NCBI RefSeq assembly: GCF_006345805.1
Contig: NC_043000.1
Span: 15,376,001-15,440,000, forward strand
DNA from: Octopus sinensis
Lineage: Eukaryota
DNA: 64,000 nucleotides
Direction: 5' to 3'
In this document: positions 36,090 to 48,382 of the stretch, piece after piece
How positions within the stretch are numbered: the first letter of the stretch is position 1
How the letters are laid out: each line of letters starts with the position of its first letter
Made by a program: the position numbers and the translations under genes
The notes under the pieces: model-generated
Databases searched by the model: none
What the model saw: the letters and a program-made list of their open reading frames with translations, nothing else
What the model was told of the DNA's origin: nothing

Positions 36090-36879
36090 TCCACAAGTAT
36101 AAAGAATATGAGGTTAAGGTGCTGGGTTACTGACTTTCGTGGTCATATTTGCATCTGAGCAGATCTGGCCATGTAAGTGATCTGTCAAGTATCAGTCATT
36201 TTCACAGGTGTAAGACTGTACCAAGTTGATATGGATTTGTTAAAAATGAAGGTACAAGAAATACAATGGGAGAAAGAACAAGGTACATGTTTTAGGTTAG
36301 GTGTGATGAAATGGGTGAGGGAACTTTAACCAAAGGTTCTTGGCTTATGGTCACATCTGAAGGACATTATGGTTCAGGAAAAATGGGAGCTGTAACTAGA
36401 TCAGATTGGAGAAAGTAGAAATTATGAAAGTTGGTGCATTGAAGATGCCATTTGGCAAAGAGAAGAAGAAAAAAATGTGTTGTGCAGGACAGGAGGTGGG
36501 GGAGGGCATTGAATGACTTGGACTCAGTGATGGGTAACATCAACAATGGTTTGGGAGTAACCCCTTATCAGGTCCAGAAAGAATTTGAGGGTGAGGAGAC
36601 TTGTCATGGGGAATAACTATAAAGAGATTTAATGCTCCATGCTACAAAGAATTTGGAAGGGAAAAAGAGTGAGAGAGAAGTTGAAGCAAAGGACCTGTTT
36701 GGTGTCATGGATGTGGGATGAGAGCTGCAACCAAAAGGGACAGAGTTTGTGAAGGTATCTAGTGATGAATTCAGTCGGGGGGGGGGGTTTACAAGTGGAA
36801 ACAATGGTGCAGCTGGATTTACTGGTAAAAGTTGATAGTGTGTGAACAGAATGAGATGAGCTGCTGTATAGTAGTAGAG

Positions 36880-37167
36880 GTGGAGACGCAATGGCCCAGT
36901 GGTTAGGGCAGCGGACTCACAGTTTCAATTCCCAGACTGGGCGTTGTGAGTGTTTATTGAACGAAAACACCTAAAGCTCTATGCGGCTCCGGCAGGTGGT
37001 GGTGGCGATCCCTGCTGTACTCTTTCGCCACAACTCTCTCTCACTCTTTCTTCTGTTGGCCTGCTCGCTTAGCCAGTGGGGTGGCATTATTTGAAGGCTA
37101 AAACAATGCGAAGTGCATTGTGACCAGCGATGCGTAGCATCATCTGATAGCCTGGTCGGTCACGGTG
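36880..37167 (+). mobile_element. SINE with family C head and a different 3' tail
   Basis: TSD ATAGTAGTAGAG (36868-36879 and 37168-37179). Confidence 0.8.
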
Positions 37168-37538
37168 ATAGTAGTAGAGACACATTGTGTAGACTGAGAT
37201 AGAAAAGATCCTGTAGCTGTCAGCTCGCCATACAACAGAACCACCATTTTCAGTAAGTTTGACAACAATGTTGCAGTGTTGGTAGGGTGCAAAGAGCTCC
37301 ATTGGGAAGATGTTCATGTATCCCAATTGCTTGTAGAAATCAGAGATTACATCAAGTTGGTACATACTAATGAAATGATCAATCAAGTTGAACTGACTAG
37401 GCCAGAAGAATCTGACAGAACTGGCTTGAGGTCAATAAACAATCAATGGCACAGGATTCAGTTTCTCTGTTAAAAACAATGCTTGGAGTTTAGTGAGATG
37501 CAGGAAATGCTCAGTATAGGTCCTTGACTAATATATAA

Positions 37539-37918
37539 GAGCACTCCGTCAGTTACGACGATGAGGGTCCCAGCTGATACGATCAACGGAACAGTTTGCT
37601 CGTGGAATTAACGTGCAAGTGGCTGAACATTCCACAGACACGTGTACCCTTAACGTAGTTCTCGAGGAGATTCAGCGTGACACAGAGTGTGACAAGGCTG
37701 GCCCTTTGAAATACAGGTACAACAGAAACAGGAAGTAAGAGTGAGAGAAAGTTGTGGTGAAAGAGTACAGCAGGGTTCACCACCACCCCCTGCAGGAGCC
37801 TTGTGAAGCTTTTGGTGTTTTCGCTCAATAAACACTCACAATGCCCGGTCTGGGAATCGAAACCGCAATCCTACAACCGTGAGTCCGCTGCCCTAACCAC
37901 TGGGCCATTGCGCCTCCA
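37539..37918 (-). mobile_element. SINE family C with TSD
   Basis: TSD AGGTCCTTGACTAA (37518-37531 and 37921-37934). Confidence 0.9.
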
Positions 37919-37959
37919 CAAGGTCCTTGACTAAAACTCATTCACAGTACAAGTGAGGG

Positions 37960-38225
37960 ATAATAATAATAATAATTATGAAATTATTGTATACAGTGCT
38001 CAGGTGCACCACAACTTGTCAAAAGTGCATATAAAGCATATGCAGTAATGTACAAATGTCTGGGAAGTGAACAGTGTATGAGTCAGATACATGCTTGCGT
38101 GTATATAGAGGGGAGAAAATAGGTGTAGTGTTGGTGAATCTCGGGAAGCATGGAAGTTTTGAAGGATGCAGTGCTCTGACAACTAACAACTGATGTCGGC
38201 AGTTTGTTCCATACTTCCAGCAAGT
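37960..38225 (-). mobile_element. Diverged CR1/L2 3' end
   Basis: (AAT)n tail plus TACAGTGCTCAGGTGCAC terminus shared with 57075-57762. Confidence 0.65.
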
Positions 38226-38596
38226 CTTAGTGTGAAAAAATTGTTTCAGAGATCTCTAATAAAGACTGAATGCTTGGCATCAGAAAAGGACGGTCTGGGT
38301 TAGAGTCACTATGGCATATGGAGAATGAAAGGTGAAGTTGTAAGTATGTGAGCACACACAAGTGTGGGAAGTTGATCCAGGAGTTGGCAGAGCTCACAGG
38401 CTTTGTTGTTGAAAAGAAAGCAAAAAAAAAGTAGCTAGTTAAGGCAGTGGAAATGGAACAAGCAAGTTGGAGATGTAAGATGAAAGAAAGGTGATAAGAC
38501 TGGTCAATGTCACAGTCCAAAACATTAGAGAGAAAGGCTAATTTCACTGTTACTAGGAGTTGTCAGGACAGAATCTACCTTACTATAATATATACA

Positions 38597-38963
38597 ACTA
38601 GCACTATGACCCGGCAACACCGGGTCATAGTGCTAGTGCATGCATATACAGCTGCGTGCTTGCACACATACACGCGAGTACTGTCCAAATCTCCGACCAA
38701 ACACATACAGCTAGCTGGCATTCAATTGGCGTATCAAGTTTCGGGCATTTAGATTGGATTTTGGATAGAAAATTCACAAAAAAGTCACTTCTATTGATCT
38801 TTTAATGGCTTTGCGGGGTGACTGGGGAAATGTAAAGATGTGCACGACCACCCTTGGACGGTTTTGAATGACCATAGAAAGTGTGAGCCCTCTAACTGAA
38901 AAATTGTGGATTTGTATAAAGGACACACACACAGACAGACATTTTGCCATTCATATATATATA
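38597..38963 (+). mobile_element. Helentron/HINE-like element in JKAMP intron
   Basis: Starts ACTAGC with a perfect 18-bp hairpin; ends CATTCATATATATATAG. Confidence 0.6.
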
Positions 38964-39020
38964 GTGATGACAGCTACTATAACAGAAAATTGAATATTGC
39001 TACTGTATAAACAAACTTAC

Positions 39021-39190
39021 ATAACAAACCACCAAATACTGCCTGTAAGCATATTAATAGTGGGAAGAAATAGAGAGCAGCATAAATTGATGTGGTTCCT
39101 TTTTTGTTGACACAGTTGTAGGAGAGCAAAGGTCGGATAAGCAGCATCAGGCCCAATGCAAATGCATAATAGATGATAACTATTGTGTAC
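39021..39190 (-). CDS. JKAMP: JKAMP coding exon 4
   Basis: YTIVIIYYAFALGLMLLIRPLL...SIYAALYFFPLLICLQAVFGGLL; GTAAGT donor; 170 nt. Confidence 0.96.
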
Positions 39191-39334
39191 CTAATGTTGA
39201 AGAGAAAAAATATTGCAGATTAGTTCAATATAAGCATTTACAGAATACATAACTATATCTGACATGACAAATGTTAGACTTAAATCTCAAATAAAAGCTG
39301 ATAGATATTTAAAAAACACAATAATTATATCATA

Positions 39335-39820
39335 GGCAAAGGTGTGACTGAGTGGTAAGAAGTCTGCATTCCCAACCACATGGTTTCAGGTTCAGTCCCA
39401 TTGCATGGTACCTTGCGCAAGTGTCTTCTACTACAGCCACAGGCCAACCAAAGCCTTGTCAGTGGATTTCATCATCATCATCGTTTAACATCCATTTTCC
39501 ATGCTAGCATGGGTTGGACGGTTTGACCGGGGTCTGGGAAGCCAGGAGGCTGCACCAGGCTCGAGTCTGATCTGGCAGTGTTTCTACAGCTGATGGAAAC
39601 TGAAAGAAGCCCATTGTGTATATGTGTGTGTTTGTATCTGTATCCCCCACCACTGCTTGACAACAGGTGTTGGTGTGTTTATGTCTCCATAACTTAGTGG
39701 TTCAGCAAAACAGCCCAATAGAATGAGTACCAAGCTTAAAAAATAACTACTGGGACTGATTCACGCATCTAAAAAAAAAATTCATCAAATTTGTGCCCCA
39801 GCATGGCCAAAGTAAAAAAT
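39335..39820 (+). mobile_element. SINE family O interrupted by an RTE tail (39470-39591)
   Basis: The head is broken after GTGGATTT and resumes at GATGGAAACTGAAAG. Confidence 0.75.
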
Positions 39821-39860
39821 AAAAAGAGATATCACAAAACAAATTCAAGAGCCCACTTAC

Positions 39861-40073
39861 AATGGATATACAATTTCTTGAGTACAATAAACAGTGTCTA
39901 CATAATTTGTTGATGGGTTGTACCAGAGAGTATACCAGTCTGAGAGACGCTTTACTGGACATGACCAGATTGATAGTTTCCCTTTTGGATCAAACATAAG
40001 TAAAGTAAATATTGCAGACATGAAGCATTCAAAGAGCGCAGACAGATGCAGTGGTATTAGTGTCCATGATATT
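39861..40073 (-). CDS. JKAMP: JKAMP coding exon 3
   Basis: HLSALFECFMSAIFTLL...RLSDWYTLWYNPSTNYVDTVYCTQEIVYPL; 213 nt; phases match neighbouring exons. Confidence 0.96.
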
Positions 40074-40390
40074 CTAGAAAATGAAACAAAACAGATTAAT
40101 TAATAAGTAGTAATTCTTTTCATTGTCATCATTTAATAAATGATTATTACATAAATAATGAAACCATATTACATATACATATTACCATATTACTACATAT
40201 TATATGAATAATGAAACCAAGGTTTTTTTTCTTATAAAATGTTCCTTATTGAATGAATGACTAAGCAGAAGTACTGATGGCTGAATCAACAGAAGACCAG
40301 ATTACAGCCAGAAAAAGCCAGCAATTCATATTCTGTCACCAGCATTGCACTATGTAAACAGTTCATAGCTTGAAGTAGTATCATTCTAAA

Positions 40391-40772
40391 AGGCGGTAAG
40401 CTGGCAGAAATATTAGCATGCCGGGCAAAATGCGTAGCCATATTTCGTCTGCCGTTACGTTCTGAGTTCAAATTCCGCCGAGGTCAAATTTGCCTTTCAT
40501 CCTTTCGGGGTTGATAAATTAAGTACCAGTTACGCACTGGGCTCAATATAATCGACTTAATCCGTTTCTCTGTCCTTGTTTGTCCCCTTGTGGGTAGTAA
40601 AGAAATAGGTATTTCGTCTGTCTTTATATTCTGAGTTCAAATTCTGCCAAGGTTGACTTTTCCTTTCTTCTTTTTGGGGTCAATAAATTAAGTACCAGTT
40701 GTGTACTGGGGTCGATCTAATCAACTGGCCCCTTCCCCCAAAATTTGAGGCCTTGTGCCTAGAGTAGAAAAG
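40391..40772 (+). mobile_element. SINE family M dimer
   Basis: Junction AGTAAAGAAATAGGTATTTCGTCTG at about 40596-40620. Confidence 0.82.
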
Positions 40773-41033
40773 AAGTAGTATCATTCTAATATTGAAGTGT
40801 TTCATTGGTTTATAAAGTTGAATTCAACTTCTACTATAAATACTGTTAAAAAAGGTAATGATATACTGGACACCATAGTTCTAAAAAGAAGTAAAAAACA
40901 GGATACCCATGGTTACAACACCTTTGATTATAAGTCTGGTTGATAACTGCTGACCTGAGGATAAGCAACAAAATTAGTTTTGCTTCCATCCATCAAATAA
41001 TATTGTTGGGAAGGGAATGAATACTATAACATC

Positions 41034-41262
41034 ATCATCGTTTAACATCCATTTTCCATGTTAGCACGGGTTGGATGATTTGACCGGGGTCTGGGAAGCC
41101 AGGAGGCTGCACCAGGCTCCAGTCTGATCTGGCAGTGTTTCTACAGCTGGATGCCCTTCCTAACGCCAACCACTCCATGAGCGTAGTAGGTGCTTTTTAC
41201 GTGCCACCGGCACAGGTGCCAGGGGAGGCTGGCAGCATCCATGATCGGTTGGTGCTTTTTAT
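41034..41262 (-). mobile_element. RTE LINE 3'UTR
   Basis: Same motifs as the other RTE tails. Confidence 0.8.
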
Positions 41263-41582
41263 ATCATTCATGTGTGTCTACTATGGCAACAGTAGCCAAG
41301 GTCTTTGACCCTTAAACAAGAATCAAAGTGTTTCCAACTTTTAGGAAATTTTGTGGAAATGAAATACAATTCATTGTATTTATGAGGATTCTGTAGACTC
41401 AGAGCATTAGACTAGATTCATTGTGGCTTCTACAGTTGAAATCTTATAAAGGTTTAATGAGCTTTTAATCTTTCCAAAGTTTACAAAATCACTTCAACAG
41501 ATATGGCAAAGACAAGAACTTTGAATTACTTCAATTGTCAAAAGAAACCTAGTGAAAATTACAATGTCTTTGCAAAACTTAC

Positions 41583-41737
41583 CTAGATCTGCGATTCTTA
41601 TATTCTACAAAAAACCAATGGAGAATCAAAGGTATGAGAGCCATAAATCCTAAATATAGACAGTCATAGAATGGAGGGAGCTCATTACACATTTCACATA
41701 TGGATACTTCATTGGGCTGGTAACCACGGGGACAAGC
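41583..41737 (-). CDS. JKAMP: JKAMP coding exon 2
   Basis: ACPRGYQPNEVSICEMCNELPPFYDCLYLGFMALIPLILHWFFVEY; CAG acceptor and GTAAG donor; 155 nt. Confidence 0.96.
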
Positions 41738-42099
41738 CTGCAGGAAAGAAGCAAATGTGATGAGTGAATCATCAATAATTATTGGAAAATATATAAAAAT
41801 AAAAACCAATAGAAATCAAAACAAGACTAATTAAGAAATTTATATTATATCAACGGAGATTATAATTTTAATTCTAAAGAAATTTTATCTGTAATTCTTA
41901 TAGATTCTCTTTATCTGTTCCTTTGACTATGCTTCCTGTATTTCTTTTTAGACTAGAGGACAGCTACATCCCTCTTCAAGTCCTTTTTACTCTGGATATA
42001 CATATATATGGTGAAAGCAGGTGGCTTAATGGTTAGGGTATTTGGCACACAATCATAAGGCCGTGACTTCGATACTTGATGGCACATCATGTTCTTGTG

Positions 42100-42362
42100 G
42101 AGGCACATGGTCTAGTGGTTAGAGCAGCGGACTCGCGGTTGAGGGATCGTGGGTTCGAATCTCAGGCCAGGCGATGTGTGTTTATGAGCGAAATACGTAA
42201 GCCCCACGTGGCTCTGGCAGAAGGTAATGGCGAACTTTTGCTGACTCTTTCCTCCTGCATCTTGCAGCTCACCTGTGACGGACCGGCGTCCCATCCAGGT
42301 GGGGAACCTATACACCAAGGAAACCGGCCCTTATGAGCCAGGCGTGGCTCGAGAAGGAAAAA
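42100..42362 (+). mobile_element. tRNA-derived SINE (V-domain-like) nested in an older SINE
   Basis: A-box TGGTCTAGTGG, B-box GGTTCGAATCT, core GACGGACCGGCGTCCCATCCAGG. Confidence 0.7.
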
Positions 42363-42803
42363 ACAATGTGTCCTTGAGCAAGACACTTCATTTAATGTTG
42401 CTTCAGTTCACTCAGCTGGCAAAAATTAGTAGTACCTGTATTTCAAAGGGCCAGCCTTGTCCCATTCTGTGTTACGCTGAATCTCCCCAAGAACTACAAT
42501 AAGGATACACATATCTGTGGAGTACTCAGCCACCTGCACATTAATTTAACAAGCAGAGTGTTCCACTAATCAAATCAACTGAAACACTTGTTGTTGTCAC
42601 CGACAGAGGGCCAGTTTATATACATATAAGAGGGTGTTTCATGCAGATACTGTCATGTTGGTGCCAGATATACCTCTATCTATGCTTTTCCTATTATTGA
42701 TGTAAAGGGTAATGGCTAAAGACCCCATTCGGTCATGAATGATCATGGGATTGCACCTAGAAAGTTACCCTCTGCAGAACAAGTGTGGGCAAGGTTGTTT
42801 ATA

Positions 42804-43027
42804 AGGCGGCGAGCTGGCAGAAACGTTAGCATGCCGAGCGAAAAGCTTAGCGGTATTTCGTCTGCCGCTATGCTCTGAGTTAAAATTCCACCGAGGTCGA
42901 CTTTGCCTTTCATTCTTTCGGGGTCGATTAAATAAGTACCAGTTACGCACTGGAGTCGATATAATCGACTTAATCCGTTTGTCTGTCCCCTCTGTGTTTA
43001 GCCCCTTGTGGGCAGTAAAGAAATAGG
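42804..43027 (+). mobile_element. SINE family M monomer
   Basis: GGCGGCGAGCTGGCAGAAACG ... GTAAAGAAATAGG. Confidence 0.85.
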
Positions 43028-43551
43028 TTATTTATAGAAGACCAGCAGTCGCCAATGCACACCAGCCTCCCCTCTTCACACCACTGATGTTATCCAAGGA
43101 AAAGGCAAAGGCTGATACAGCTTGGCACCAGTGACATTGTTGCAACTCATTTCTACAGCTGAGTGAACTGGAGCAATGTGAAATAAAGTGTCTTGTTCAA
43201 GAACACAACACAGCCCAGTCCGGGATTCGAACTCACAACCTCATGATTGTGAGCTCAACACTCAAACCACCAAGCCAAGCCATGCACCTGTATTATGGAT
43301 ATACAGCATATGTTTCCTACAGTTTTTTTTATAATTCAAGTGTTTGCTGCAGCCCCCTTGAAACTTCTACTACCCTGTCTCCCCACAGCAATTGATATTA
43401 AGAGGTAGTGAGATGTACATTAGTGTTAGCTGAACCTTCTTAAGTGTAATTCACTTCAAAAGAATGTAAATAATTTTATCACAGCAGTTATGTAATAGCA
43501 TAAAATATACAAACTATATCAAAAATATATATTCTTAAAAATTTCACTTAC

Positions 43552-43617
43552 CCCACACTCACTAAGTTGACCATTTACGTAGGTTTTCCCACAGTATAAA
43601 CCAGGACATAGGGCCAT
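43552..43617 (-). CDS. JKAMP: JKAMP first coding exon (acceptor at 43626; ATG at 43617)
   Basis: MALCPGLYCGKTYVNGQLSECG then GTAAGT; matches the JKAMP CxGLYCGK motif. The start codon is inferred. Confidence 0.88.
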
Positions 43618-43867
43618 GAGGAAGTCTTGAAGAAAAATAGAAGGATACATTTAAGTTTTTACAGTTTTACAAGAACTTAATAACAATAGTGTATATAGAT
43701 ACAGGCAACTGGTTTGTGAATTATGAAATTAACTGACTGAAGGATGACTTGTTGGACACAAAGAGATATGAATTCAATGAGGCATTGAATGAATATTGAA
43801 AGGTTCTAAAATAATTCTAGATCCCTTAGCAATCTATAATGGAATCAGATAAAATGTATTTAAGAGA

Positions 43868-44305
43868 ATAATAATAATATAATATAATAAAACATTGTGT
43901 ACAGTGCTCAGGTGCACTACAACTCATCTAAAGTGTATGTATAATCAGGTGTAGTTTTGGCGGATTTCGGAAAGCATGAGGGTCTTAAAGGATGCAGTGT
44001 CATGGCAGTCAACAACTGACGCAGGCAGTTTGTTCCATGCTTCAGCAACTCTGAGCATGAAAAAATGTTTCCGAAAGTCATGGGAGCTGTGTTGTTTTCT
44101 GACTTTGTAGGCATGTCCACGTGTGTTGGACACATGGAGATCAAAAAGGTGTTCAGTGTTGTTGTTGGTGAGGTGGTTGATAACTTTGTGGGTGTTTACC
44201 AAGTCCATCGCCAGACGCCGGAGCTTCAGTGAATCCATGCCCAGGGAAACAAGGCGCTCAGAGTATGGTAGGTGTCTGAAGGAGGGTATGCGTTTGGTTG
44301 CACGT
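43868..44305 (-). mobile_element. 5'-truncated CR1/L2-type LINE
   Basis: SLKLRRL..DL...KVI...TRGHAYKVRKQ...FF..RVAEAWNKLP, the CR1 ORF2 C-terminus; (ATT)n tail. Confidence 0.9.
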
Positions 44306-45107
44306 TTAAATGTTTAAAACCATTCTTACATTATCATAGTTTAGCTTAAGATTGTATCCCCTAACAATATTCTAGTTATAGTTAATTTTGTTCTGCCCTC
44401 ATCTCATGCTGGGGGTTTGTAACACTCCCTTCTTTTGTCTCTAGTTTACCATTAACCAAACAATAGAACAGCCCTTCAGTAATAGTATTTTTAGATTCCT
44501 TTTCTAAGAGCTATCTTCACATCTAACATCAACAAATTCTCTGACATTCTTCTTTATTGGAAATTCACATAAGGAAAACACTTCCAGGTAGTTTTGACAG
44601 GGGTTTGCAACATTCCAAAGTCAATAAAACATAGTTGGGCAGATGATAAGAAATGAATGCATAACAGCACATTGAGGAGTGTGTGTCATCAGTGGAGAAT
44701 GATGTTATAAGACGGCAACAACCAATGATAACAGGAACTACAACACAATAACATGTCATGCAACAGATAATCCTTATTATCATCTCAGTGTTAACTATCA
44801 TTAGAAACCCGAAGCCATTGTTTAATCCTAGGTCAGTTATTGGTAAATTATAAAGCTAAGATATATCCACTGATGATGTAGAATTGATATTAGAAAATGA
44901 TAGACCAGAAGCAGCTGAAGGCAGTATTGTAGATATAAGATAGCTATTTCCATGAAGATAAAACTAAGCATAGTGATGATGTAGACGTACAATGAATTCA
45001 AATAAGTTTGCAAAAGACAAAATAGAAGAAACTTTCTAAACAGGAAGACAGAATGAAAGGTAAAACCAGGTAATGCCACTACAGTGAAATTTTTGAGGTA
45101 GAATAAA

Positions 45108-45500
45108 ACGGCTGTGTGGTAAGTAGCTTGCTAACCAACCACATGGTTCCGGGTTCAGTCCCACTGTGTGGCAACTTGGGCAAGTGTCTTCTACTATAGC
45201 CTCGGGCCGACCAAAGCCTTGTGAGTGGATTTGGTAGACGGAAACTGAAAGAAGCCTGTCGTATATATGTATATATATATATATTATGTGCGTGTGTGTT
45301 TGTGTGTTTGTCCCCCTAGCATTGCTTGACAACCGATGCTGGTGTGTTTACGTCCCCGTAACTTAGCGGTTCGGCAAAAGAGACCGATTGAATAAGTACT
45401 GGGCTTAGAAAAGAATAAGTCCCGGGGTTGAGTTGCTCGATTAAAGGTGGTGCTCCAGCATGGCCGCAGTCAAATGACTGAAACAAGTAAAAGAGTAAGG
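45108..45500 (+). mobile_element. SINE family O
   Basis: Complete bipartite copy. Confidence 0.85.
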
Positions 45501-46589
45501 AGTTGAGTTTAAGGATTTTGGGTAATATGAAGAGTCTAATCCACTGGCAATCTAAGGATGAAGAAATAAACGTAAACAAAGTGATATTCAATACAAATAT
45601 TAAATATATATTTTCTACTCGGAAAGTCCTGTATTGATAGTACTCTAACAGTTACAAATAATCATCAGACCTTATCCGTAGCTAATTTCAGAAATAGTAT
45701 ATCTAGGACTGCAGTATCCAATGTGTCAGTTTTAAAAGATAATATAAAATATAGTAATGTGAGGGAAATTTGACAGCTATTTCTAGCAAGTCGGGCAACC
45801 AGTAGATGCTTCCTCGTTCGCTCGCCAAGGAAGTAAAGGATGATGTGTTATGATTAAGTTAAGATTGTTAAATATTTAGAGTTGATGGCCAAATGATTTA
45901 TGGAAATACATATCCTACTATATCCTAGACAGGACTTGTCAATAAAGAACAAACACAACGATCACCTTTGTTAGCAACCATCACTAAGCCTATATATCAT
46001 ATCAACCCTTCTATTCATAGAGAGCAAAGGGTTTCTATCGGTCATATATATATATATATTCAAGTCTATTGTCAGTTTTTCGGTACGACTAAGATTTTTT
46101 TAAATATCAGATATATTATGACATAATGTGGAGCTAAATGTAGTTTTTTTTTAAAAAACAAAAGGAAGGATATTGTAAAAGGAAACGAATAATAGCAACA
46201 GGAAATGATTACCTGAAATGAAATAATATATTTCAATTTCAACTCGAGAGCTTATTTACACAACTTGGTGACACTTTAGTCAAATATAGAATTATATAAC
46301 TAACTATTAATGTAATTAAAACAATAACAAATGAATGCAACACACCAAACACCTCAATGATAAAAACAACGACGGTGTTGAAATACAGTACCAAAAAAAA
46401 ACAAACAGAAAAAACCCCCAGCTTGGTGAGATGGAAGCCCTCCTCTGATGCCGTGAGGGATTTATGAAGGAGAAAAATCCCAGTATAGCTCTCACAATTA
46501 ATCAGACAATTTGCTTTAAGACTCGACATTAACATTTCTGTCCTGCTTTGACAAGTAGAGGGAAAACACATCAGCTGGAGGTTACTTAC

Positions 46590-46700
46590 GATTCTCTGGT
46601 GTGATTTGCTATCAAATCCTTCCTACGCCTTCATACATTGCTTACACCGAATCTGAAATAAACGATTAATGTTCCACGATATAAATCGAACTTATAAATC
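46590..46700 (-). promoter_or_regulatory. Putative non-coding first exon / promoter of JKAMP
   Basis: GTAAGT donor at 46589 (minus strand) inside a CpG-retaining unique region; no coding continuity. The 5' boundary is a guess. Confidence 0.45.
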
Positions 46701-47073
46701 GGTCGGAAGAAAGCAAATTTAATGAATACAATTTATACATACATATATATATATATACATATATACACATACATACATATATATATATATATTGGAAATA
46801 TACAGGATTACATTATGTGTGTACATACATCCGTACGAAGTTCAAAACTTATTGGAAATTATAAATCAGTAATAAAAGGGAGTCTTAATAGTTTATGTAG
46901 ATATATATTTACGTTATGAAAATTGCCGAGATCTTAAGAATGAGTGAAACAAGTGCGGAGCGATGCACATGCTGTCATAACAGTTATGGCGCTGGATGAG
47001 AGCCGACTGCAAGTGGCAAGGGAGACAAGTCATGTAGAATTGGCGATAAGAGCACCTCTAACGATTTATTAAT

Positions 47074-47122
47074 TGGATAGATAGATAGATAGATAGATGG
47101 ATGGATGGATAGATAGATGGAC

Positions 47123-47162
<40 letters not shown>

Positions 47163-47337
47163 GGATGGATGGATGGACGGACGGACGGACGGACGGACAG
47201 ACAGACAGACAGACAGACATATAGATAAATAGATAGATAGATAGATAGATATAGATGGATGGATGGATGGATGGATGGATGAATGGATGGATGGATGGAT
47301 GGATGGACGGACGGACGGACGGATGGACAGACGGACG

Positions 47338-47369
<32 letters not shown>

Positions 47370-47428
47370 GACGGACGGATAGATGGACGGACAGACGGAC
47401 GGACGGACAGACAGACAGGCAGACAGAC

Positions 47429-47472
<44 letters not shown>
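47074..47472. repeat. Compound tetranucleotide microsatellite (GATA/GATG/GACG/GACA)
   Basis: Read directly from the sequence. Confidence 0.95.
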
Positions 47473-47474
<2 letters not shown>

Positions 47475-47665
47475 GCGGCGAACTGGCTGAACCGTTAGCA
47501 CGCCGGGCGAAATGCGTAGCCGTATTTCGTCTGCCGTTACGTTCTGAGTTCAAATTCCGCCGAGGTCGACTTTGCCTTTCGGGGTCGATAAATTAAGTAC
47601 CAGTTACGCACTGGGGTTGATGTAATCGACTTAATCCGTTTGTCTGTCCTTGTTTGTCCCCTCTA
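47473..47665 (+). mobile_element. SINE family M monomer
   Basis: Head, B-box and core as above. Confidence 0.85.
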
Positions 47666-48382
47666 TGTTAATAAAGAAACAGATAGATAGATAGATAGAT
47701 GGATAGATTATATATTAATTATAAGGGATTTTAAAGATGAAATTATTCGAAATTCAGTTGTGTACTCAGATGAGTAGGAACTCCACTCCATTCCCCAGGA
47801 ATTTGAAATATAAGTAAAAAGAAATAAAATAGGCTAAAATTAAGTGTGGACACACATACACACATACCACACATAACACACATACCACACATAACACACA
47901 CACACACGCACATTAATTTGTGTGTGTGTGTTTTGTGTTCAGGAAGTAAATACTTTGGAACTACCAATCTGAATAGCATTAACACATTTTTTAATTAGAT
48001 ACTCAAGCTAATGATACATAATTATATATTAAGAGAAACATGACTAATATTTTAATTACTTTGACATACATGGGAGACAACTCTGGGCATGTTTTGGTAT
48101 TATTATGTCCTTATCGGCAAATATTTTCAGAACAGTTGTTATCTCATCAACCGTTTCACATCACTGTACAGCTTTCCACCCATAACTTTGGCCACCTTTT
48201 TGAATTCAACATCACTACAACTCATAGCTATGCTTTAAAAAATAAAATCCACAAAATAAAACGGCACCTTGGGCAAGTGTCTTCTACTATAACCTCAGGC
48301 CGACCAAAGCCTTGTGAGTGGATATGGTAGACGGAAACTGAAAGAAACCCATTGTATATATGTATATATGTATATATATATA

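Noticed and set aside
26863-37835. Recurring VVIPAVLFHHNFLSLLLP and FIERKH ORFs as a gene family
   Set aside because: They are chance frames within family C SINE copies.
46984-47553. 189-aa and 147-aa ORFs
   Set aside because: They are translations of a tetranucleotide array plus a SINE.
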